DNA of 64,000 bases. It comes from a phage. The notes below the pieces were generated by a model. The model was not told the origin of the DNA. It did not search any database and worked only from the letters and a program-made list of their open reading frames with translations. A program made the translations under genes and the position numbers. Shown piece after piece: positions 45,567-52,769 of this stretch (positions are counted from its first letter, which is position 1; each line of letters opens with the position of its first letter). The DNA is taken from assembly GCA_023802575.1 (NCBI GenBank), contig GCA_023802575.1_3947.1. One strand, 5' to 3'.

Positions 45567-45856
45567 GGTGCTTCCTCTTTACGTGACACTTTGCCATTTA
45601 CAGTTATCTCATAAGAATCTAGTAAATCGCTTTTAGCTTTGACAGGACTTTTAAGAGTATCATCATAGATATTAACTTGCAATACAGGTTTTTTATACCC
45701 CATGCAACTATTCCATAAGCAAATCACTACACGACGACCTTTTATTTTACCGTGTAACCATTCCATAACATCATGGCTGTTTCTTGATGTTTCAATGAAA
45801 TCAATTTTGTTGAGTAACTTGCTTAGATTTTCACGAACTTTATTTGATAATTTCAT
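45560..45856 (-). CDS. Small accessory protein
   Basis: 98 aa; overlaps downstream gene start. Confidence 0.5.
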   Translation of the reverse strand: MKLSNKVRENLSKLLNKIDFIETSRNSHDVMEWLHGKIKGRRVVICLWNSCMGYKKPVLQVNIYDDTLKSPVKAKSDLLDSYEITVNGKVSRKEEAPC

Positions 45857-45871
45857 TTTTGAATCTCCAGT
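45857..45871 (-). promoter_or_regulatory. Truncated cassette (leader only)
   Basis: CCTAAACTGGAGATTCAAAAATG without hairpin. Confidence 0.4.
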
Positions 45872-46084
45872 TTAGGATAAAATAGTAATCGTAAAATTGT
45901 AATGACCATTAAGCTGATAAGCATAACAGTTAGAGAATACACCAACTAACCGAGGTTTTCCATAAATTTTCATGCGCTCTTTAATCTCTTTGAGAGATTT
46001 CAAACCTGTAAGGTCTTTATTGAAATAGTCATCATCTGTGAACAGGACTTGTGAGGCGGTTTTCAGTTTTTGATTAATGTTCAT
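45872..46084 (-). CDS. Small accessory protein
   Basis: 70 aa. Confidence 0.45.
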   Translation of the reverse strand: MNINQKLKTASQVLFTDDDYFNKDLTGLKSLKEIKERMKIYGKPRLVGVFSNCYAYQLNGHYNFTITILS

Positions 46085-46172
46085 TTTTGAATCTCCAGTT
46101 TAGGATTTAGTGGTAAAGCTCTTTATCTGGGGCTTAAGGTATCAGCTTTTAAGCCCCCTGTAAAGTACTTTA
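46085..46172 (-). promoter_or_regulatory. Intergenic cassette, type 2
   Basis: Hairpin GGGGCTTAAAAGCTGATACCTTAAGCCCC plus leader. Confidence 0.6.
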
Positions 46173-46431
46173 TCAGATTAAATTGCCAGTTAATGATAAG
46201 TGCATTTTATAGCCTTTTTTGGTAAAGACGTTCACTTTACCGAGTGATTTTACACCTTTAAAAAGGTTGTTTGAACTGCGTTTTAAGGTTAGTTGTTTAT
46301 CAACCTTCACGCCCCACCTTACAGCAGATTGTTTTCCGTTGTCAACCACTTTCCCGCATAACTTTTTAGCCATGATACGAGCGTCATCACGAGTTTTTAC
46401 AGTAATTACAACGTTTTTGATAATAGCCATT
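46173..46431 (-). CDS. Small basic protein
   Basis: 86 aa from ATG at 46431 (MAIIKN) with GGAGAAC RBS; Lys-rich. Confidence 0.5.
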
Positions 46432-46516
46432 TTTAAGTTCTCCAATTTAGGATTTAGTGGTAAAGTTCTTTATCTGGGGCTTACTTTATCGGACTATAAG
46501 CCCCTTGTAAAGTACT
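46432..46516 (-). promoter_or_regulatory. Intergenic cassette, type 2
   Basis: As above. Confidence 0.6.
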
Positions 46517-46900
46517 TTATTTGTTAATTTTGAAGATAGTTACGTAACCATCACTACCGATTATTTGAGACGCTCCAGCTTTTTCTACTTGATAGCCCAT
46601 ATTTTCAAGATGATAAATAGCATCATCGTAACCGTATGCGCCACCCTGATAACGTCTCTTGTCACATCTTATCAGGTTTTTTCCACGTCCTGCAAGTGCA
46701 TGGAGAATGGATTTTTCACTTGAAAGAGTACCATCTAGCATTGTAGCTGTGTAATGGTTGATTTTATTCCCGTTGATATCGTACTTGAAATTAAATGAGT
46801 GAACAACAATAACGTTACCTTTAAAATTCTCATCAAGTGACTTCTCCAGTGCGTTGCGAAAGTTGTCTTTGTTCACGAATTTAGGTGCACGGTATGCCAT
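46517..46900 (-). CDS. Accessory protein
   Basis: 127 aa; first gene of the cassette array. Confidence 0.5.
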   Translation of the reverse strand: MAYRAPKFVNKDNFRNALEKSLDENFKGNVIVVHSFNFKYDINGNKINHYTATMLDGTLSSEKSILHALAGRGKNLIRCDKRRYQGGAYGYDDAIYHLENMGYQVEKAGASQIIGSDGYVTIFKINK

Positions 46901-46975
46901 TTTTGAATCTCCAGTTTAGGACTTTGTTTAGTGGGGAAGGTCATTCCCTCCCCGTTGATGCAAATACTAGATAAC
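46901..46975 (-). promoter_or_regulatory. Intergenic cassette, type 1
   Basis: CAACGGGGAGGGAATGACCTTCCCCACTAAACAAAGTCCTAAACTGGAGATTCAAAAATG. Confidence 0.6.
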
Positions 46976-47420
46976 CACGTTCAAAGAGTCAAGAAAAATT
47001 TTAAAAATATTTTTGGCAAAACTGTAATGAAACGGGCGCACACGACTACCACAAAACAGAACACAAATCAAGAATTATTTTTCAATCCGCTACAAATTTT
47101 TCTCTTGACTTTTGGGGAGAGGGGGAGTAAGAGGGGGAGAGGGGTTGGTCTGGCTGTTTATAAAAACCTACCTGCACAATTCTAAAATGATTTTTCTTGC
47201 CCGACCTGAGCGGGGTCTGCACGTTTTGAAAATGAAAAAGCTCTTTGGAGATTACCTGCACAGTTTGAAAATGAATTTTCCCTTTGGAGTTCAAAATTCT
47301 CTCCACAGATTTCTGTCCAGACTTTTACCTGCACAATTCTGAAATGAAAAAGCCCCCCTTACCTGAAAAATTTACCAGATAAGAAAGGCTTAGTCTATTG
47401 TGTATATTCTACACAGTTTC
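46976..47420. repeat. Non-coding region with purine G-tract and four direct repeats
   Basis: GGGGAGAGGGGGAGTAAGAGGGGGAGAGGGG at about 47110-47147; four copies of CTGCAC(A/G)NTT(C/T)(T/G)(A/G)AAATGA at about 47170, 47215, 47255, 47328. Confidence 0.6.
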
Positions 47421-48206
47421 TTAGTTCTTTGCGTCTAAGAAGGTAACTTCTGGTGATGAGAAGATTGCCTTAACATTCTCATCAGTTCTCGCATAAATGT
47501 AAGCATCTGCATCACTACCGAATGTCACAGCAATACGATTATTGCTCTTTGACAGGCGGGTAACTAGAGCGTTACTTAGAGACATCTTTTCAACCGGAGG
47601 GTTACTTTGATGTATCTTACCCTTTCTACGTCTGAAGAGGGTAACTGCATTATCTGTGAACACTGCTATACCTGCAAAATATTCTGGTTCACAATAGTTC
47701 TTCCAACCTGAGCGTAACTTGTGGTACATCTCACCTTCATAGACATATAAGTAAACGTCTACGCTTTTCATTACCTGATTGATGATAACGGTGACAGCTT
47801 GATGGTCAAGTCCACCGATACCTGCACCAATCATAGGTAAACCAACTTTCTTCAACTGATTAACTTCGCAGTACCTGTTAAGTTTCTTCAAAGATGACTC
47901 TAAAGCACTGTATCTGGCATCTTTACCAGTTTTAAGCTGAGTGTAGAGGTTAGCTATACGGCCTTGTTCTAAACGTGCTACAGAGATATTACCTAGTAAA
48001 TCCTCACAGGGTTTATGTCCAATGCCACCTGCGTACAAGTAAACTTCTGTGTCAGTTTCATAGGCTTTTGGGTAAAGTTTAGAAATCTTGTCAGCAATAC
48101 CTGCACCCATTAAGTTCATACAGTTGCAACCGTGTCCAATGACATCAAACTTGCCTTTATCAAAAGCATTAAAGATATCACCATTGATGATTTTTACAAT
48201 ACCCAT
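47421..48206 (-). CDS. Macro-domain protein (ADP-ribose binding/processing) with C-terminal extension
   Basis: 261 aa; N-terminal GDIFNA...DVIGHGCNCMNLMGAGIADKI matches the macro-domain N-x(n)-G-x-G-I-A signature (TARG1/DarG-like flavour); later Gly-rich loop LPMIGAGIGGLD. Confidence 0.65.
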   Translation of the reverse strand: MGIVKIINGDIFNAFDKGKFDVIGHGCNCMNLMGAGIADKISKLYPKAYETDTEVYLYAGGIGHKPCEDLLGNISVARLEQGRIANLYTQLKTGKDARYSALESSLKKLNRYCEVNQLKKVGLPMIGAGIGGLDHQAVTVIINQVMKSVDVYLYVYEGEMYHKLRSGWKNYCEPEYFAGIAVFTDNAVTLFRRRKGKIHQSNPPVEKMSLSNALVTRLSKSNNRIAVTFGSDADAYIYARTDENVKAIFSSPEVTFLDAKN

Positions 48207-48207
48207 C

Positions 48208-48408
48208 TTAACATCTCTCCCAAGATTCTTTGTCTTCAGAAGGTTTTACACGTTGCCCTTCATGGTCTACCCAGATGCACCCACAACCTTCACAGATTAC
48301 TGGCATTGCATAACCAGCTTTAAAGTCATCTTCAGTGATAAGACCTTTTAAGTCACCTGTATCACGTCCGAACATTTCAATAGAACAGTCTTTGCAGAAG
48401 TCAGCCAT
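48208..48408 (-). CDS. Small zinc-ribbon protein
   Basis: 66 aa; CKDC and CEGCGC cysteine pairs. Confidence 0.45.
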   Translation of the reverse strand: MADFCKDCSIEMFGRDTGDLKGLITEDDFKAGYAMPVICEGCGCIWVDHEGQRVKPSEDKESWERC

Positions 48409-48420
48409 ATAACATACACC

Positions 48421-48648
48421 TTATAGTTCAGTTTCTCGTAATTCTTTACCTTCATCATAGAAGCATTTATAGAATGTATCTATAGAAATTCTGGCAAAGG
48501 TAAGGTCTTCAAAGTATTCTTCTGGAGTTATACCTGTAAAACTAAAACCATCAAGATTGTAAAACGGTATTACTGTGTCATCGCTCATGAAAACACATGC
48601 AGATACGACTTCTCCAGTATCTTTGTCAATTATTTCTAGAGCTTTCAT
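48421..48648 (-). CDS. Hypothetical protein
   Basis: 75 aa. Confidence 0.4.
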   Translation of the reverse strand: MKALEIIDKDTGEVVSACVFMSDDTVIPFYNLDGFSFTGITPEEYFEDLTFARISIDTFYKCFYDEGKELRETEL

Positions 48649-48949
48649 AGTTTACCTTCTCAGTTAGCTCATATAAATCAACATGCTCAATACTGTCAAT
48701 GTTGATATCAATCTTTTTGAAACGTTCTATCACTTCATTGTCAGTCATCCATATCAGACACCAATGATTCTGGATGGATTCTTCAAGAAGGTCAACACAA
48801 TCTTTAAAGGTTTTTGTATCACTTCTTGTTCCTACTACTGCGATTGTTCCATATAGCCACTTACCATTGCCATAAGATACTTGTGCTACGCCAACTTCTT
48901 TACCTTTCTCGTAGTAAACGGCTACAAAGTCTCTTCCGTTAATCTGCAT
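48626..48949 (-). CDS. Hypothetical protein
   Basis: 107 aa. Confidence 0.45.
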   Translation of the reverse strand: MQINGRDFVAVYYEKGKEVGVAQVSYGNGKWLYGTIAVVGTRSDTKTFKDCVDLLEESIQNHWCLIWMTDNEVIERFKKIDINIDSIEHVDLYELTEKVNYESSRNN

Positions 48950-48951
48950 AG

Positions 48952-49221
48952 TTACTTCCTCGTTTTAAGAACTGCTAAGATTTCTTTAGAGTCTGGTAAG
49001 AACCATGTGTAGTGATTCTCTTTGATTTCTGGATGAGTGTCAACCTTTATTTTGCACTCTTTACCAACATGCTTAAGCTGCGCTGTGACACCCTGCATAA
49101 AGATATGACACATCACATTATCCATAATGGTTGGTATGAAGTCAATTCGCATATAAGTTTCTTTTGGTCGCGGTAACAGTAAGTAACCTTCTACGTAAAA
49201 AGTATCTTCATTCTCTGTCAT
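48952..49221 (-). CDS. Hypothetical protein
   Basis: 89 aa. Confidence 0.45.
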   Translation of the reverse strand: MTENEDTFYVEGYLLLPRPKETYMRIDFIPTIMDNVMCHIFMQGVTAQLKHVGKECKIKVDTHPEIKENHYTWFLPDSKEILAVLKTRK

Positions 49222-49487
49222 TGCTGTTTATTTCCTAATAAAATCATATCAATAAGGTTATTAGCTTTGATTGTGCACTGGTAAAATCCATCACGATAGA
49301 ACTCAAGGGCTGCTGCCACATCACTACCAGTATTACCTTTGATAGTAAATCTTGAATCTTCTTGAGTGTACTTATCACTCTCGCTCACTTGGGAGTTTTT
49401 GAATGTACTGTTCACTTTGTTCGTTGAACACCCTGACATAATTATCAGTAACACAAACATTATAAAACTCTGGCTTAGTTTTTTCAT
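49218..49487 (-). CDS. Lipoprotein (o-spanin-like or exclusion-type lipoprotein candidate)
   Basis: 89 aa; signal peptide with lipobox-like IIMSGC; start embedded in the 3' part of 49375..49728 in another frame. Confidence 0.45.
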   Translation of the reverse strand: MKKLSQSFIMFVLLIIMSGCSTNKVNSTFKNSQVSESDKYTQEDSRFTIKGNTGSDVAAALEFYRDGFYQCTIKANNLIDMILLGNKQQ

Positions 49488-49728
49488 ATGTTAGTACCTC
49501 TTTTGTATGCTTATTCTTAGCAAGCACATCTTTCAAATCATTTTTGTAATTGGTGCTCAGTGTAACTAACCCTTCCTGATAAGCGTCTTTAGCAACACTT
49601 ATCAGCTTCTCATTATTTAGCTCAGTTTCAGCAACTTGGTAGTCTCTGTAAGAGTATCCTCCCCAGACACCTGCCCCAACTAAGAAAACAATTATGAAAG
49701 TAGCTTGACAGAACTCTTTAAATGTCAT
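49375..49728 (-). CDS. Membrane-anchored periplasmic protein (i-spanin-like candidate)
   Basis: 117 aa; N-terminal helix FIIVFLVGAGVWGGY then charged helical region; overlaps lipoprotein gene out of frame. Confidence 0.45.
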   Translation of the reverse strand: MTFKEFCQATFIIVFLVGAGVWGGYSYRDYQVAETELNNEKLISVAKDAYQEGLVTLSTNYKNDLKDVLAKNKHTKEVLTYEKTKPEFYNVCVTDNYVRVFNEQSEQYIQKLPSERE

Positions 49729-49746
49729 TTAACAATCTCCTAAAAT

Positions 49747-49770
49747 GAAAAAGGCTCCCGAAGGAGCCTG
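49747..49770 (-). terminator. Rho-independent terminator
   Basis: GGCTCC-ttcg-GGAGCC hairpin with T5 on minus strand. Confidence 0.6.
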
Positions 49771-49780
49771 TATCTTAACC

Positions 49781-50260
49781 TTAACCGAGGACTTTAGCAA
49801 GGATATTCGCAGCCATCGAAGAAGCTTTTGCAGCAGCAACTACGCCAGCTTTGACAGTGCTATCCTTAATAGCAGATACCGTTGCAGCATCAGTAAAGAG
49901 ATAAGTGATTGTTTTGGAACCACTTGTAAAGGAAAGCATAAGAGTAGTTTCCAGATTGAAAGAGCGATACGGAGCACCTTCTTTAACGATACCTTCAGCA
50001 CCTAACTCTGAAGCCTTACCCATATCATAGATAGTCATCAGGTTTTCTTTGTGTGCAGTCGTTGAACCAACACCTTTTACGTGCTTCTTAACGTTCAACA
50101 ATGCACGATATTCACGAATGCTACCGTCAGCTTTTACATTAACAGCACGGAAAATTTTACCTTCAAAGTTACCTTGAATCATTTTACGAACTACTTCAGA
50201 TTTGTTTGCCGTATCGTCCAGTGCTACCGTAATGATATTGTTCATAAGTTCTTCTCTCAA
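49781..50260 (-). CDS. Hypothetical protein
   Basis: 159 aa. Confidence 0.5.
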   Translation of the reverse strand: MREELMNNIITVALDDTANKSEVVRKMIQGNFEGKIFRAVNVKADGSIREYRALLNVKKHVKGVGSTTAHKENLMTIYDMGKASELGAEGIVKEGAPYRSFNLETTLMLSFTSGSKTITYLFTDAATVSAIKDSTVKAGVVAAAKASSMAANILAKVLG

Positions 50261-50952
50261 TGTTTAACTAACATAGTTTTAATGTGTGGAAGGATTCTGT
50301 TTACCTTCTGAACATTATTCTCTGTATCTTCTATAAAGCATACTATATTAAAGTAAGGAAGAATGCAAGACTGAATCATCCTCACTTTCAAACTTTCTGC
50401 ACTTATAGAGTTAGTTCCAAAACCACGCATAAAAAGCAAGTAATCATGCTCTATATTGTGCCTTAAAAACATCTCAGTAGGTATTCTCTGAGATTCACCT
50501 CTTGCTGTCAAGAGTCCAACTGCTGCATGATTTGCAATTGCATCAATAATGTTGAAAACATATGTTGGTTTTGCTCTTACAGAATCAAGAAGATTAGTGT
50601 ACTGTGAGAATGACCCATCAGTCAATTCCGTTGAGCAATCTTCGTGATTAAAATTTGTAAGAACGCCATCAATATCTGCTAAGATGAGGTTACCTTTTTC
50701 TACAAGGTCTTTATTGACTATGACTAAACTATCACGCCTTACACCTATAGTTTGTCCAGTCTCTTTGTCCACAACGCTCACAATTGGTTCTGATGTATGG
50801 AACTCTTCAAGTGAACATACAACTTCTCTTGCAGTATCTTCAAAATCCCTGCACTGTTCTGGAGTCCATACACAGGAATCAAGACCTAACTCATGAGGGT
50901 GCAAGTCATAAGCATGGCACAGTACTTCATCAGACTTTCTTAATTTTTTCAT
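50257..50952 (-). CDS. HAD-family phosphatase-like protein
   Basis: 231 aa; DxDG motif in ILADIDGVLT. Confidence 0.45.
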   Translation of the reverse strand: MKKLRKSDEVLCHAYDLHPHELGLDSCVWTPEQCRDFEDTAREVVCSLEEFHTSEPIVSVVDKETGQTIGVRRDSLVIVNKDLVEKGNLILADIDGVLTNFNHEDCSTELTDGSFSQYTNLLDSVRAKPTYVFNIIDAIANHAAVGLLTARGESQRIPTEMFLRHNIEHDYLLFMRGFGTNSISAESLKVRMIQSCILPYFNIVCFIEDTENNVQKVNRILPHIKTMLVKH

Positions 50953-51478
50953 GGTTTACCTTAGAAATGTTTGTTGCAAATTCACATTGAGCAATCACTT
51001 TCATATTGTTATAGACATCTTGAGAATATTTCTTAGCTTTAGGGATTTTGTACGAATACCCAGCATTATATGATGCTAAAACTTTTTGTAAAGTCTTCTT
51101 TGACTTTGGCTGACCATGCACCTTTGTCCAAAACTCAAGTTCTTTGTGAGTTTCCTTCGCAGCATAATCAAAGTCTCTTAAGAGTTTCTTTTTAGCCACA
51201 TTAGGGCTAATTTTGTTACGCTTTACAACAGTCTTCAAGTGATTCTGGAAAATACCATAATCATGTGTCTTTTTATTCTCTACCTTCAGACCTAACTCTG
51301 ACTCTTGTAAGGCTATAGCAGCTAGAGTGATACCCCAACCTTTGCCCATGTTATTCTCACCATACTGGTAAGCTTTTAACATGTTTACTTTTTGGCTAAT
51401 TGATAGCTCTGGGCAGTCAACTGCATAAGATAAGTGTGCTGTAAACATTAAGCACAAACCTAGAATCAATTCCTTCAT
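50930..51478 (-). CDS. Lytic transglycosylase (SLT domain) with signal peptide
   Basis: 182 aa; signal-like MKELILGLCLMFTAHLSYA; SLT catalytic context AIALQESELG and YGIFQ. Confidence 0.6.
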   Translation of the reverse strand: MKELILGLCLMFTAHLSYAVDCPELSISQKVNMLKAYQYGENNMGKGWGITLAAIALQESELGLKVENKKTHDYGIFQNHLKTVVKRNKISPNVAKKKLLRDFDYAAKETHKELEFWTKVHGQPKSKKTLQKVLASYNAGYSYKIPKAKKYSQDVYNNMKVIAQCEFATNISKVNHEKIKKV

Positions 51479-51540
51479 TGGTTCTCCTGTTTAGTTTATC
51501 GTGACAACAATTATACAGCACTCTGCACAAAATACAAATA

Positions 51541-51566
51541 AAAAAGGCCGCCGAAGCAGCCTTTTA
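51541..51566 (-). terminator. Rho-independent terminator
   Basis: Minus-strand hairpin GGCTGC-ttcg-GCGGCC followed by T run. Confidence 0.5.
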
Positions 51567-51578
51567 AGAAATTACTTA

Positions 51579-52688
51579 TTAGATTTCACGTTTACGTTGA
51601 GAGATGAGTTCACCAGCAGTGCCAACGATAACATGTAGAGCTTCAGTCTTGCCATCCCATGCTTTCAGAACATTACGCTGGCTATCAACGATAGCTGCAA
51701 CTTCATAACGTGATGAACGCATTTTCATATCATTGTAATCAGTTGGAACAGATACAACATCTCGTGGGTGGACACGAACTTTCAGGATTGTATCACCTGA
51801 GAAGCTACGAACATAATCCCAAGCACCAACATGAAGACCTTGAGAGCAAGTCACGTTACGGTTATTATCAACCATCCAACGTGGCATCTCTACAATGTTA
51901 CCCAAATCGTTAGGAACTTTGTAGGTGTGGGAGTCAACCAGCTTACCTTCACGAGTAGAGACTTTCTTCCAACCAATGATGTAACCTTCTTCATCAATTT
52001 CAACATCAAGGTGAGATACAAATCCCCAAAGTTGTTCTACAGAATCTTTAGATGGGTTTTCCATCAGTTTTTCGAAGAACATTACAAGTCGTTCAAAACC
52101 TTTATCACCAGTTTTCATCATGTGAAGAATACGGTCAACCAGAGTAGAACGCATCTCAACAGCACCGTAGAATAGCTTGTCGCCTTTGATTGTGATAGCA
52201 CCCTGAGTGAAGTTTTCGATAGACTTACGAATGTTCATCAGTTCAAATGCTTTCTTGAACTCACCTTTCACAACATGAACTACAATCTCTTGATAGTTCG
52301 GATGAGTAGACTCAACAATTTCAGATTCTGAACCATAAGTCATAATTACAGAATCACCAGTAATCATGTACTCAATCTTGTCATCTTTCTGCATAGCTTC
52401 GTGCAGTTTATTTACTGGAGCTTTCTGTACAGTGTCTTTAACGACCTTTTCAACTGGTTTGCCAGCTTTCTTTTTAAAGGTCTTAGCAACTTGCTTCAAA
52501 GTCTTCGTAGCTGGTGTAGAAGTTGCCTTTTTATTCCCTTTTAGGGTTGCTTCATGACGCTCTACAGCACGACCAACTGAACGGGTTGAGGTGTTAAATT
52601 TCTGTGCAATAGCTGTTTTGGTCAGCTTACCTTCTTTTACCAGTTTGTAAATTTCTGCGTCAATCTGTGCTTTAGTTTTAGTAGTCAT
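51579..52688 (-). CDS. rIIB: rIIB-like protein
   Basis: 369 aa; blocks VDRILHMMKTGDKGFERLVMFFEKLMENPSKDS, CSQGLHVGAWDYVRSF and VHPRDVVSVPTDYNDMKMR match my recollection of T4 rIIB; immediately downstream of rIIA-like gene. Confidence 0.7.
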   Translation of the reverse strand: MTTKTKAQIDAEIYKLVKEGKLTKTAIAQKFNTSTRSVGRAVERHEATLKGNKKATSTPATKTLKQVAKTFKKKAGKPVEKVVKDTVQKAPVNKLHEAMQKDDKIEYMITGDSVIMTYGSESEIVESTHPNYQEIVVHVVKGEFKKAFELMNIRKSIENFTQGAITIKGDKLFYGAVEMRSTLVDRILHMMKTGDKGFERLVMFFEKLMENPSKDSVEQLWGFVSHLDVEIDEEGYIIGWKKVSTREGKLVDSHTYKVPNDLGNIVEMPRWMVDNNRNVTCSQGLHVGAWDYVRSFSGDTILKVRVHPRDVVSVPTDYNDMKMRSSRYEVAAIVDSQRNVLKAWDGKTEALHVIVGTAGELISQRKREI

Positions 52689-52739
52689 CTTATTACTCTC
52701 TCTCTCGTTAGTTAATCAATCAATTTGTGAGGCTATTCT

Positions 52740-52760
52740 AAGGGGCTTTTAAGCCCCTTG
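52740..52760 (-). terminator. Hairpin downstream of rIIA-like gene
   Basis: AAGGGGCTTaaaAGCCCCTT; no clean T run. Confidence 0.35.
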
Positions 52761-52769
52761 TCAAACACT

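Noticed and set aside
47082-47342. ORFs 47112..47342 (+) and 47082..47306 (-) in the G-tract/direct-repeat region
   Set aside because: Their sequence is produced by translating the direct repeats and purine tract; no RBS.
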